A DNA stretch of 64,000 bases from Octopus vulgaris. Taxonomy: Eukaryota. The notes beneath the pieces were generated by a model. It was not told where the DNA came from and searched no databases. It was given only the letters and a program-made list of their open reading frames with translations. Of this stretch, positions 13,136 to 28,000 are shown piece by piece (position 1 is the first letter of the stretch; each line of letters starts with the position of its first letter). The position numbers and the translations under genes are program-made. The DNA is taken from the NCBI GenBank assembly GCA_951406725.2, contig OX597819.1, forward strand, positions 128,526,001 to 128,590,000. The letters are read 5' to 3'.

Positions 13136-14488
13136 CTAAAGTGGAAGAAAGGTAATGAATATAGAAGCAAGATGCTTCAAACAGAACAATGGAGAAAATA
13201 AGATCGTGTAATGTACATGCTTTCTGGAAGGGAATTAGCAAAGGAAATTAGAACAGTTTCGAGACTAAACTAAGTACATGAGGTCATCACCGTTTAGCGT
13301 CCGCTTTCCATGCTAGCATGGGTTGGATGATTCGACCTGGGTCTGGGAAGACCGAAGGCTGCACCAGGCCAGTCAGATCTGGCAGTGTTTCTACGGCTGG
13401 ATGCCCTTCCTAACACCAACCACTCCGTGAGTATAGTGGGTGCTTTTTATGTGCCACCGACACAGGTGCCAGACGAGGCTGGCGAACGGCCACGCTCGGA
13501 TGGGGTTTTTTACATGCCACCGGCACGGAGGCCAGGCGAGGCTGAGATAATTATTATTATTATTGTTGTTGTTGTTATATAAGGTGGAGAGCTGGCAGAT
13601 TCATTAGCACAGAGGGCAAAATGCTTAGCGATGTTTCATCGGTCTTTATGTTCTGAGTTCGACTTTGCCTTTCATTCTTTCAGGGTCAACAAAATAAGTA
13701 CCAGTTGAGTATTGGGGTCATTGTAATCACTTACCCCCATCTCACGATCTTGTCGGTATTGTACCAAAATTTGAAATCAATAATATTATATTTTTATTAT
13801 TATGGCCAGGTTCCAACCTGAGCCACAGCAACAAACGACCACCTGCCCCACTTCTCGGACCAACATCAGCCTTGCTGTCCTGGATACATTCCAGGCCAGT
13901 GTCTGTGGTCAAGTTGTCAATGTAAGTGTGATGGCATTTTCCTCATCTTACAATGGAGTGAGCTCCACAAGAATAATTTAGATGCTTACAGATGCGTTAG
14001 GAAGGGCATCCAGCTGTAGAAAATCTGCCAGATCAAGACTGGAGCGTGGTGCAGCCATCTGGTTTGCCAGCCCTCAGTCAAACCGTCCGACCCATGCTAG
14101 CATGGAAAACGGATGTTAGACGACGATGATGATAATGACAGTTCAAGGTGGCACACACAGTGACCAGACAGTCACAGCCGTCTTTGCCTGATCTTGCTAA
14201 CTTTCGTCAGGTCTCCATAAAGGCATTCGTTTGTCATATGTTGCTACCGTTTCACACTTAGGACCTTTCAAAGCATCCATGTGTAGCAGAATTAGTAAAA
14301 CATCATCAGTATGATCATCGTTTAACGTCCGCTTTCCATCGTGGCATGGGTCGGGCGATTTTGACTGAGGGCTGGCAAACCAGATGGCTGCACCAGGCTC
14401 CAGTCTGATCTAGCAGAGTTTCTACAGCTGGATGCCCTTCCTAACGCCAACCACTGAGAGTGTAGTGGGTGCTTTTACGTGCCAGTCA

Positions 14489-14920
<432 letters not shown>

Positions 14921-15689
14921 TCAAGCCAGGCACCACAAAAACACATCATAATTCATACATCAATGTAAAAGATAATGAAATACATTACCAAACTTCTTTA
15001 CAGCTAAAAAATATCAATGTATAAGGACATTTGCTTAGAGAGAGACATAGGTGCCAGAGGAGGCTGGCAGCGGCCACAATTGGTGCATTTTACGTGCCAC
15101 CGGCACAGAAGCCAGTCAAGGCGGCGATGGCATTGGCCACGTACGGATGGTGCTTTTTACGTGCCACCGGCACAGGTATCACAACTACAATTTCCATTTG
15201 ATATTTATTTTGATGTTGACAGGAATTTTTATATTTGGTTGTCCTTACTACATCACAGCTCAGTTATAATGTAGCATCTATTTTCAACCACATAGTTTGG
15301 AGCATGCAGAATATTTGTGCCTAGATTAAATAGGTATCTCTTTTGTTTTTGCTTTGGTTTTTATGATGTTTAAAAGAGTTTTCTTTGCCAAACTAAGTTG
15401 AATAACAATGAACAAGATTAACATGAGTAAAACAGTGAGAATATGGAGATGGTGGAGATACAAAATTATTAGAAAGGATACTTAATTTAAGAGACTGCCA
15501 AACATTTTTTTTTCACATGTTAATTCTTTCAAAAGCTCGTCAATGAGCCATCAAGCCTAATCCAATAGAGAGAGAATACGATTAAAATATTTCTCATTGA
15601 CAGAGAGCTACAAATTTGTTGGGGGTGATAAGTTACTAATTCAACTCAACCTAAGAGATTCTGAGACTCCCTTCAGCCACGACACAGAC

Positions 15690-15995
15690 CATGCGATTGC
15701 ACCTAGAAAGTTACCCTCCTAGGCACAAGTCCGGGAAAGTTTGTTTATGGAAGACCAGCAGTCGCCCATGCATACCGGCCTCCCCTCTCCATGCCACCAG
15801 TGTTATCCAAGGGAAAGGCAGCAGCCAATACAGCTTGGCACCTGTGACATTACAACTCATTTCTACAGCTGAGTGAACTGGAGCAACATGAAATAAAGTG
15901 TCTTGCTCAAGAACACAACACACAGCCCAGTCGGGATTCGAGCTCACAACCTCACAATCGTAAGCTCGACACTCTAACCACTGAGCCATGCACCT
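15690..15995 (-). mobile_element. tRNA-derived SINE (V/CORE-like central motif); related heads at 16490-16610(+) and 8945-9060(+)
   Basis: A-box TGGCTCAGTGGTTAG, B-box-like GCTCGAATCCC, followed by GTGTTCTTGAGCAAGACACTT. Confidence 0.7.
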
Positions 15996-18797
15996 TCACA
16001 CCTGCGAGATGCATAATAGATGTTCATATCATACAATCATACCACAAAGGAGGTCACTCTTCATAAACCTTGAATTTTTATTTATTAATTTCCCAAGCTG
16101 TGAAATTTGTGTATAACCTTTCTATATTGTATAAATATGTCTCAAGGTTTTGAAAAGTTCATGAAGTGATATAAATAAAAAAAATTATCAATTTTTTAAA
16201 ATAAAAAAAATAAACACTTATATTAATTATATTAACAAAAATAAAAGCTGACCAAATGCAATTAAAATATAAAACAAGAAAAAATATGAAAGTTTTTAAC
16301 AAGAGCTTCAATGACAATATTATTAATAGATCTTTTTCCGTGGATTTTACATGAAACATGAGTTGATTTAGGTCATAAATACAGTCGAGAGATTGAGATA
16401 TCTGCTCAAACATATATCTTCCAAAAAATTAATAATTGTTCTAATGTAAACACAAGGTTTGAAATTTGGTAAGAGGGGGAGAGTCAATGTGGAGGCACGT
16501 GGCTTAGTGGTTAGGGTGTCAGCATCATGATCGTAAGATTGTGGTTTCGATTCCTGGACCAGGTGACGCATTGTGTTCTTGAGCAAAACACTTCATTTTC
16601 ACGTTGCTCCAAAACAAAGGCGGCGAGCTGGCAGAAACGTTAGCACGCCGGGCAAAATGCTTAGCGGTATTTCATCTGCCGCTACGTTCTGAGTTCAAAT
16701 TCTGCTGAGGTCGACTTTGCTTTTCATCCTTTCGGGGTCGATTCAATAAGTACCAGTTATGCACTGGGGTCGATGTAATCGATTTAATCCGTTTGTCTGT
16801 CCTTGTTTGTCCCCTCTGTGTTTTTAGCCCCTTGTGGGTAGTAAAGAAGTAGGTATTTCGTCTGGCGCTATGTTCTGAGTTCAAATTCTGCTGAGGTCAA
16901 CTTTGTGTTTCATCCTTTCGGGGTTGATTAAATAAGTACCAGGGGTTGATATAATCAACTTAATCCGTTTGTCTGTCCTTGTTTGTCCCTTCTGTGTGTA
17001 GTCAAGACCATTGACACCAGTACTTGACAGACAATATATTCTATTGACCTTGGAGGAATGAAAAGCAGAGGGGATCTTGGTTGAACATAAAGAGCTAAAG
17101 AAATACTACAAGGTATTTTTCACTATATACTACAGTGGTACTACCAATCCACTGCCCTTTTCAGAAGATTAATAATAAAAAAGGGAAGTACTTATGAGCC
17201 CCATTATCTATGAAGAATGATCTCCTTCTTGGTGTGAAAGGGTATAAATACCTTTAACATTATCTGCCCTATAGAGATGAAGAGGAAAAGCCAATCAGAT
17301 CAGAAAGTGAAACAGGAACAGAAAAAATAGCGATAGTTTAAATTCATTACTTCAGACATACTTAATGAATTTTTCTGTATTTTTAATATTAACTACATTA
17401 ATAGAAAAACTATGAACAGTACAGTAATAATAATCATCATCAACATCGTTTAACGTCTGCTTTCCATGCTAGCATGGGTTGGACGATTTTGACTGAGGGC
17501 TGGCGAACCAGATGGCTGCACCAGGCTCCAATCTTGATTTGGTAGAGTTTCTACAGCTGGATGCCCTTCCTAACGCCAACCACTCCTTGAGTGTAGTGGG
17601 TGCTTTTTACGTGCCACCAGCATGAGGGCCAGTCAGGCGGTACTGGCAACGACCTCGCTCGAATCTTTTAACAAATGCCACCAGCACAGGTGCCAGTAAG
17701 GCAATGTTGGTAATGATCACGCTCGAATGGTGCCCTTTTACGTGCCACCGGCACGGAAGCCAGTTGGCTGCTCTGGCAATAATATAGGCATGTATACATT
17801 CTTGAACACATCCATGGATTTTATCACCAGTTTGTACTATTTTGATATCGCATGTTCAAATCCTGCTGGAGATCAATATAAGCTTTCATCATCCACATCA
17901 AGATTAGTCAAATGTTTACCAGTAATTCTATCACAGAGAAGATGACATTTGCTCATTCCTATCTTCATGAAGATAGGGATGACAAGTAAAATAAACATGT
18001 GGTCAACGGATGGCAATTAAATTCAAATCTAACCACATGTTCTGCTGTATACTTGAGTTGAAGATTTTATTCCCACTTTTTTATACCTAAACAAATCAGG
18101 AGAATGCAAAGTTATCAAAGATTCTAAGAAAAGGAAAAAGTAAAACTGAATTCAATAAAACAGAAAGGTCATGTTTAACCCGTCAACATTTAAGGTGGCC
18201 ATATCCAGACCAAATACTCTGCTTTATGTTCAAGCTGGCTACAACTAGCCTCTCACATATCATCTTCATCATCATCATCGTCGTTTAACATCTGCTTTCC
18301 ATGCTGGCATGGGTTGGACTTTTTGACTGAGGACTGGTGAGCCAGAAGGCTGCACCAGACTCCAATCTGATCTGGCAAAGTTTCTACAGCTGGATGCCCT
18401 TCCTAATGCCAACCACTCTGAGAGTGTAGTACCACCGGCATGAGGGCCAGTCAGGCGGCTCTGGCAACGACTATACTCAAAAGGTGTTTTTTATGCGCTA
18501 CCTATACAGGAGGTCATTCCAAAAAGATATTATTACATCATTGAAATCTCAAAGCTATGAGATAATGCTGGATTAATTCAAAATGATTTGAATAAATAAT
18601 CATTAAATTTGATAAAATGATCTGAATGCTAAAGGATTAAAGAGAGTACAGAAATGGTCATGTGGTTAATAAGTTTGATTTTCAATCACATAGTTCCAAC
18701 TCCGCCGTCACCTTGGGCAAATATCTTCTACTATAGTTTTGGGGTGACTCAAAATTTGCGAGTGAAACTGGATTAGTTTTCTTTTTTGTTTTGTTTT

Positions 18798-18831
<34 letters not shown>

Positions 18832-19086
18832 CATTATTATTATTATTAAGGCAGGGAGCTGGCAGAATTGTTAGCATGCTGGGCGAAATCCTTAACGGTA
18901 TTTCGCCCATTGTCATGTTCTGAGTTCAAATTCTGCCAAGGTCAACTTTGCCTTTCATCTTTTCAGGGTTGATAAAATTAAGTACCAGTTGAGTACTGGG
19001 GTTGATATACTTGACTTAACCCCCTCCCCCCAAATTTCAGGCCTTGTGCCTATAGTAGAAAGGATTATTATAGAGACTTTACTTAC

Positions 19087-19179
19087 CATATCTCCAAGAT
19101 ATTCCTTGCCAGAGACTAATTCCGGTGCCGCATATGCAGCACTACCACAAGGTGTGTACAAGTGGTGATCCATTCCACC
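19087..19179 (-). CDS. MELK: MELK coding exon 6, GGMDHHLYTPCGSAAYAAPELVSGKEYLGDM (activation loop)
   Basis: 93 nt, aag acceptor and gtaagt donor; LxTxCGSxAYAAPE motif. Contained in ORF 18955..19206. Confidence 0.96.
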
Positions 19180-20003
19180 CTTGAAATAGAAATGGTAAGA
19201 TATCATTAATTAATTTTTAAATAAACTTTTTAAAAAAATAAAACAAAATTTCAAAATTTTTAGTCGTTAAACTGGTGCTGTCATTTTCTTTCTACGTCTC
19301 ATTATCGTATGTAAATGAAAATGAATAATAAAAATTAAAAAATGAAACTGTGCTGATATGATCATGGAATCAAGTGTACCATGCAGAAGGTAAAAAGGAT
19401 TGCAAGTTATCCATGACTGACCTAATTAGGGACTAGGAAGGAATCGGTGCAAATAGGGTTTATGTTGTGACTTGCAAGAATACACTGGAATAGCTGCATG
19501 GATATAAACAAACTAACATTTGTTTTTTTTTATATCATCATCATCATCACCATCGTTTAACGTCCGTTTTCCGTGCTAGCATGGGTTGGACAGTTCGATC
19601 GAGGTCTGGGAAGCCAGGAGGCTGCATCAGCCTCCAGTCTGATCTGGCCGTGTTTCTACAGCTGGATGCCCTTCCCAACCACTCTGTGAGTGTAGTGGGT
19701 GCTTTTTACGTTCCACCGGCACAGTTGCCAGGCGAGGCTGGCAACGGCCACAATCAGTTGGTGCTTTTTACGTGCCACTGGCACGGAGGCCAGTTGGGGT
19801 GGTGCTGGCAACGGCCATGTTCGGATGGTTCTTTTATGTGCCACTGGCACTGGTATCACAACTGCAATTTCCATTGAGTTTTGAGCGATTTCGATTTCGA
19901 TTTCACTTGCCTCGACAGGTCTTCGCAAGCAGAGTTCTGTGTCCCAAGTGGGAAATGTTTTACGAATCATTAATGACAAAAGAGAAACTACCATTGAACT
20001 AAC

Positions 20004-20072
20004 CTTAGGTTTAGCACAAAGTCCAAAGTCAATGATTTTAACATTGTGATGTTCGTCCAGTAAAATGTTTTC
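20004..20072 (-). CDS. MELK: MELK coding exon 5, ENILLDEHHNVKIIDFGLCAKPK
   Basis: 69 nt, tag acceptor and gttagt donor; DFGLCAKPK is a MELK signature. Confidence 0.96.
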
Positions 20073-20467
20073 CTATATAAAAAAACAGATAAAAGTAATA
20101 AAATTACTATACACACACAAACACACACACTCATAAAGGTAGTCCTCAAAATTTGTCTACTTAGTTTTGGTCCTCCTTGAATTTTCATAAGTCTGAGGAG
20201 TACAAAAACCAAATAGGGGAGTCTCAAGCACTACCTGTACACACAAAAAATAAAACTTTCATTTTACACACAGAGTAATAGAGACCGAAGTCAGACTGTC
20301 CTTCTCTGTTTGTGTGTGAAAGAAAGAGCAACTGGGGTTTCATGGTTTCACCAAGACTGGTTTCTCAAAAGGTTTTTAACAAAAAACTCTTTCTTCACAA
20401 AATTTCCAAGTTACATTTCTATGCAATTAGTGGAATAAGAAAATTAATTGGAATCCCTGGGATTCTA

Positions 20468-20674
<207 letters not shown>

Positions 20675-21183
20675 TTATTATGAATGTTAGTAAACACCAG
20701 CAGAATTAATAACATATAAAGGTACCAAAATCTTGATTATCATATTTACTCAAGTATAATGCAATTTCAAATATAATGCAACCTAAATTTTTGTGGTAAG
20801 CAATCAATAATATATTTATCCGAATCGTGGCCGAAGCCAGTGCCCCCTCGACTGGCTTCCGTGCCGGTGGCATGTAAAAAGCACCATCCGAATCGTGGCC
20901 GATGCCAGTGCCGCCTCAACTGGCTTCCGTGCCGGTGGCACGTAAAATGCACCAATCCGACCGTGGCCGTTGCCAGCCTCACCTGGCACCTGTGCAGGTG
21001 GCACGTAAAAAGCACCCACTACACTCGCGGAGTGGCTGGCATTAGGAAGGGCATCCAGCTGTAGAAACATTGCCAGATCAGACTGGAGCCTGGTGCAGCC
21101 TTCTGGCTTCCCAGATCCCCGGTCGAACCGTCCAACCCATGCTAGCATGGAGAACGGACGTTAAACGATGATGATTCTTTTGT

Positions 21184-21610
21184 ATACAACCGCTCTATCA
21201 TTCCACCACTGCTCATATCTCTCTGAGATATTTAGAAATTTAATATTTCTAATTTTGGTGATCAGTGAATAAACTTCACTGAAAATATATATATTTGCGA
21301 AAGTTTTACAAGCATCTTCAACAAGCAGGGCCATGCTACCCTAGACTGATGATGAGCAAAGACTCAGAAACATGCATGTCTCTGGATGCTGGCCCTAGCT
21401 GTTGGGGGTGCTTGTCTCTCCTTCGTAAATATAAGGACACAGGAAACGTGTCAAAGCCAACAGGAAGCGTCGATGCTTCCTAGGGCTAAATAGTGGTGGT
21501 GTGATTCTCTCTACGGGACTGTCACGTTAAGTTGACAGCATACAACCACTCTATCGTTCCACCACCACTCATATCTCTCTGAGATATTTAGAAATTAAAT
21601 ATTTCTAATT
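21184..21610 (+). mobile_element. Retrozyme / Penelope pseudo-LTR-like unit: 356-bp monomer with 71-bp direct repeats, containing the hammerhead
   Basis: 21184-21254 is repeated (few mismatches) at 21540-21610, offset 356 bp. The hammerhead lies between; no recognisable protein-coding ORF. Confidence 0.65.
21308..21415 (+). ncRNA. Type I hammerhead ribozyme (antisense to MELK)
   Basis: Core CUGAUGA (21346-21352); stem II UGAG/CUCA with loop CAAAGA; GAAA (21367-21370); palindromic stem III ACAUGCAUGU; GUC cleavage triplet ending 21380; stem I CUAGA/UCUGG, internal loop, then about 25 further bp. Confidence 0.85.
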
Positions 21611-21674
21611 ATTTTAAATGTGTTGTACTGAAAATTAATCAAAACACATAAATAGTCAACTTGTTGGGAACCTA

Positions 21675-21848
<174 letters not shown>

Positions 21849-23754
21849 CTATTTAGATTATCACAAATAGAGATTTTTGTTGCTTAGCATCAAATAGACC
21901 AATGGTTAAAAGCTATGACAGGCTAATATTTTTTTGTTTTTGAGCTTTTAAGATGTGCTTTTTTTAAAAAAAGAAAAAACAGCACAGTTTGATTTGAGGG
22001 AGGTCTGGTTGCAATTTCTAACATATTGAACAACTTTATTTGAAGTACCTTCCTTGTTTTGGTGAGTAGAATTATAATTATCAAGAGGATAAGGAACTGG
22101 TCCTGTGTTTCAATAGCTGGAAATTCTGGACCAAACACTTCATTCTATATTGCCTTAGTTCTCCAAACTACCAAAAATAAGTACCAAAGGGGTCAATAGG
22201 GCTGGTCTTTTGATAAGCCAAAAATTAACATGAGAACTATATAATTTCTTTTTCCATAATTTAGGCAGTGTTCTCAAACAGTGCCCTGTGGATTTTCAAA
22301 AAATATAGATTAAAGTTTTACAAAATCCATAACCAAAGGATTTTGGAAAACATGATAGTTTTGTTACACACAAACAGGATTAAAACAAAAATAAGCAATA
22401 GTTATCTATATTTTTTCTTTTAAAATTTCAACATTAAAACAGTGGGGTTTAAGTTTCTATGCCATTTGCATCTAGTAATTATTTTGCATTTAATCTCTTA
22501 CTCTTTACTCTTTTATTTGTTTCAGTCATGTGACTGCGGCCATGCTGGAGCACCGCCTTTTAGTCAAGCAAATCGACCCCGGAACTTATTCTTTGGAAGC
22601 CTAGTACTTATTCTATTGGTCTCTTTTGCCGAACCGCTAAGTGACGGGAACGTAAACACACCAGCATCGGTTGTCAAGCGATGTTGGGGGGACAAACTCA
22701 GACACACAAACACATACACACACATACATATATATTTGCCAGCTCTGTCTGGCACCAGTGCGGGTGGCACGTAAAAAGCACCCACTACACTCACGGAGTG
22801 GTTGGCGTTAGGAAGGGCATCCAGCCGTAGAAACACTGCCAGATTTGACTGGGCCTGATGAAGCCTTCTGGCTTCACAGACCCCAGTAGAACCGTCCAAC
22901 CCATGCTAGCATGGAAAACGGACGCTAAATGATGATGATGATGATGATATATATACGACAGGCTTCTTTCAGTTTCCGTCTACCAAATCCACTCACAAGG
23001 CTTTGGTCAGCCCGAGGCTATAGTAGAAGACACTTACCCAAGGTACCAGGCAGTGGGACTGAACCCGGAACCATGTGGTTGGTAAGCAAGCTACTTACCA
23101 CACAGCCACTCCTACACCTATTTTAAATCTATTTAACTTTTTTTGTATCTCCAGTGGTTATAATGTCAAAAGTATTGAATACAATTAATATAGACGACAG
23201 ACAATGGATATGACTTTTCCAGGACTTCCAAGACTAGGGAGAGAAAGGAAACTTTTGTTGTGATACAAAATAGTGTATGGAGTTACCTCTGACTGGAAAC
23301 CTGACCCAAATGCTTGTAACAGTTGACTTTGTTCAAGGTAACCAATGGTATGGTTATGGTGTTAAAACAGATGGAGAATTCTGTCTACCATATAAGGAGA
23401 GAAACTGTTCAACAAAGGATTTTGTTGTTCAAAAAAGCAGAAGAGACTACATTCTAAAGAGCGTTAAAAGTACAGCAGACAACATATAGTTTGATATCTG
23501 CAACAGGATGGAGAACATGAGAACTGCATCATCATCATCATTGTTTCAATATTCACCTTTTCAAGCTCACATGGTCAGACAGAATCTGTGGAGGCAGATC
23601 TTCTACGGCCAGAAGCCCTTCCAATGGCCAACCTTCACCCGTTTCTAAGATAATGTTTCACCATAACCAGACATGTTACCACAAAAGATTGAAAATGAAG
23701 GTCACTACTTGCAACATCAAGCCAAAGAGACTAACACCCTGCCACTCACACACA

Positions 23755-24440
23755 CATTATAGATATAACCTTAGACCTCAGTACAGGTAAGTATCACCCA
23801 TACAGGAAGCTTAACAAAGATACAGTATACATACACAAGAGCTCAAACTATCCACCACTGTAATTAGAAACCTGGTTCCAGGCATTAGTAAATAACTATC
23901 TAATCTCTTGGCCAATAGAGAGATCTTTAACAAGACTACCCATCACTACAATGATGCTTTGGCTAGGAGTGGGTTTACTGAGAAGCTCACATATGTGAAC
24001 AACCTCCAAACACCCTTTCCTCAACCCAATAGGATTAGGAGAAGGAAAATTATATGGTATAACCCACCTTTCAACTTAGAAGTTTCCACCAACATAGCTA
24101 GGGGTTTCCTGTCATTAATTAAGAAACATTCCCCAGAGGCCACAAGTATTACAAAATCTTCAGTCCCCATAACATCAAGGTGAGCTACTCCTGCTTAGAA
24201 AACATTGCATCTAACATCATATGCATCAACAAATGTAAAAATACACCCACACCACCCCCAACCCCAACCTGCAACATCCAAAACCCCACCATGTGCCCTC
24301 TAGAAGGATCATGCCTCTTGAGGGTTGTAGTATACAGAGCCACCCTTACACCCTCCGATGGCATTACTAGGCACTATACGGATATGACAGCTAATGACTT
24401 CAAGGGAAGATACTCCCAGCATATGCACTCGTTCAGATTA
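23755..24440 (+). mobile_element. Degenerate Penelope-like element (RT C-terminus, linker, GIY-YIG endonuclease)
   Basis: Frameshifted ORFs 23908..24183 and 24180..24512: IIWYNPPF, KVSYSC, C..CPLEGSCL..VVYRATL..YxxMT..FKGRYSQH, typical of PLE GIY-YIG domains. Confidence 0.85.
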
Positions 24441-24908
24441 CTGCCTTACTCTGGCACCTCAAAGCCACCGTCTTCATCTTCTTTCCAGCTACTCCTACTT
24501 ATGCTTATATAATGTGGAGTAGTCAGATATCTTAACTATTATTGCAAGACATCTGTGCTTGGCCCTCTCTCATACTCTCAACACCTGGCATAAAGCCATT
24601 CCCCACTCTCTCTCAAATGCAATCACACTCAATTGAGGGGGGACTTCGTCTTTTCTTGCAAGTTACTTGTTGACCTCATTAGTGCCAGTGTCACAGAAAA
24701 AGCACCCAGCACCCTCTGCAAAGTGGTTGGTATTAGGAAGGGATTCCAACTGCAGAAATCATGCTGAAGCTGACACAGGAGCTCAATGCAGTCCTACAAC
24801 TCATCAGCTCCTGTCAAAACTGTCCAACCATGCCAGCATGGAAAATAAATGTTAACTGATAATGATGATGATGAGAACAGAGCATCTGAAGATGACCAGA
24901 GAATGTTA

Positions 24909-25082
<174 letters not shown>

Positions 25083-28000
25083 TTATGATCCAACTTAAAG
25101 AATACAATTCTTCCCCCTTCTCTCCATGACCTCATCATATGAGAAACATGTGACTGTGAGAACAGAGTACTGCACACCTCAGATACCTACCTATGTGGTC
25201 AAGCATTCAAACTGAGTTTTCTTATTCATGAGTACAGTTATGAAGTTTACTTTGCATTCGCTTTGTTTTGATATGTCAATCCTACTGTATAACGACCTTG
25301 AGTATCTTTTGCCACAGCCTCAGAGCAACCAAAGGCCTTTTACACATTTCAGTCATTAGACAGTGCCCATGCTGGAGCACCGCCTTGAAGAATTTTTAAT
25401 TCAATGAATCGACATCCAGTGCTTTTTACTTCTTTTTAAACCTGGTCCTTACTCTATCAGTCTCTTTTGCTGAACCGCTAAGTTACAGGGACATAAACAC
25501 ACCAACGCCAGTTGTCAAGTGGTGGGGGTGGGGGCAAGCACAGACACAAAGACACACAAGCACACACACGCACATGTACACACATACACATGTGCACACA
25601 AACACATCCACATACATGGACACACACAAACACACACATTTATATACATTTCTTTATTGACCGCAAGGGGCTAAACACAGAGGGGACAAACAAGGACAGA
25701 CTAAGGGATTAAGTTGATTACATCGCCCCAGTGCGAAACTGGTACTTAATTTATCGACCCCGAAGGGATGAAAGGCAAAGTCAACCTCGGCAGAATTTGA
25801 ACTCAGAATGTAGTGGCAGACGAAATACGGTTACGCATTTTGTCCAGCGTGCTACCGATTCTACCAGCTTCTATCAACCAAATCCTCTCATAAGGCTATA
25901 GAAGACATTTGCTCAAGGTGCCATACAGTGAGACTGAACCCAGAACCATGTGATTAGGAAGCAAGCTTCTTACCACATAATCATGCCTGCTTGTTTAATA
26001 TGTGTGTGTATGTGTGTGTGAGAGAGAGAAAGAGAGAGAGTAGGGGGGGATGTCCAAAAAAATAAAGTGAATGAAAATGTCCCTTTTTTATGCTGACTTC
26101 CTTTTCCCATCCTTAAATCAATAAAATAAGTACCAGACAACCTCCTTCCATTTTAACCCTTTAGTGTTCGCATTATTCTGCCAAAATTAATCCTTTTTCA
26201 TCCACATTGTTTTGAACTAATCATGCATTATCTTGTAGCTATGAGATTTTGATGAGGTAGCTGTTAATTTTTAGAATGGTGTTGTAGGGTTGGAGTGAGA
26301 GACCAGATCTGGCCAGTTTGAAAATAAAACAGGCAGAATACTTTTGGCCGGATATGGCCGGTTTAAATGCTAAGAGCTCAGAAGATCACAGTCCAATGAT
26401 TAAAAGTAATAAAAGATAAAGTATATTATCATTATGCTTGCCTCAGGTTATTTTAAGCACTAATTTTGTTCCCAGAGGTGATGGTTTAACAGTAAGAATG
26501 GACATCCAAACCAAGAAAATCAGCACACAGCACTTGCTCACCAAAAAATGAAAATAACCCAATATATTGAAACCTGTATTCTCCGGACAATGAAAAATTT
26601 CATACCAATTTTGGCACAGCTATTAAAGGGTCTGATCCAGGGTTGTCAGATCTATTTCTGATAAAGTAGCACAAGATTTTCAAGAAGTCGATCACAAAAG
26701 AAATGTAGCCAAAAATGTGTGTGTGTGTCATAATCATCGTTTAAAGTCCGCTTTCCATGCTAGCATGGGTTGGACGATTTTGACTGAGGTCTGCCGAATC
26801 AGATAGCTGCACCAGGCTTCAATCTTGATCTGGCAGAGTTTCTACAGCTAGATGCCCTTCCTAATGCCAACCACTCCGAGAGTGTAGTGGGTGCTTTTTA
26901 CGTGCCACTGGCATGAGGCCAGTCAGGCAGCACTGGCAACGACCTCGCTCAAATATTTTACACATGCCACCAGCGCAGGTGCCTGTAAGGCAATGCTGGT
27001 TTTTAAAAAAAGGCAGATAACAGTAGAGACAAGGATTGCATTTACATGGATAACTGCCAATTCAAATCCTGTTTATGGTCCTTCAAGATGAAGTGGTGGG
27101 GAGCACAGTGTAAGCTGTGAACACACAAGAGATGGAGTGGGATCCAAAGTAGATTAGCAGAGGACATAAGCTTCATATGTGATGGATACACTGGAGTAGG
27201 ACATACTCTTTTACTTGTTTCAGTCATTTGACTGTGGCCATGCTGGAGCACCACCTTTAGTCAGGCAAATCAATCCCTAGTACTTATTCTATCGGTCTCT
27301 TTTGCTGAACCACTAAGTTACGGGGACGTAACCACACCAGCATTGGTTGTCAAGCGATGCTGGGGGGACAAACACAGACACACAAACACATATATATATA
27401 TATATACATGCACATATATACGATGGGCTTCTTTCAGTTTCCGTCTACCAAATCCACTCAGAAGGCTTTGGTCGGCCCGAGGCTACAGTAGAAGACACTT
27501 GCTCAAGGTGCCACACAGTGGGACTGAACCCTGAACTATCTGGTTGGTGAGCAAGCTACTTACCACACAGCCACTCCTGCACCTAAGAATACATTGGAAA
27601 TAGACCCCCTTGGAATGCTTGGATGGCTCACGATATGTAGTTGATAGCTTTTGCTACATAAGAGGGGTAATCAGTAAGGGAGGTGGTTGCTCTGAAAGTA
27701 TAATAACCAAAGTAAGAATGGGTTTCAGAAAGTTTGGGGAGCCACCGTCACTGTTGGCAACGAAAGTCTTTTCCTACAGAGTAAATGGGAAACTGTGATG
27801 CTTGTGATGCAACTGCAATGCTGCAGGGTAGTAAGACATGGGCCTTGAAAGCTGAGGACTTATGAAAACTGGGGAGAAATGAAGCAATGTTACATTAGAC
27901 ATGCAATGTAAGCATGCATGAATGATGTGGTATAAGTGTGCTGAGAGAAAAACTGGGCATAAGAGAAATCAGATGTGATGCACAGGAAAGAATGCGCTTG

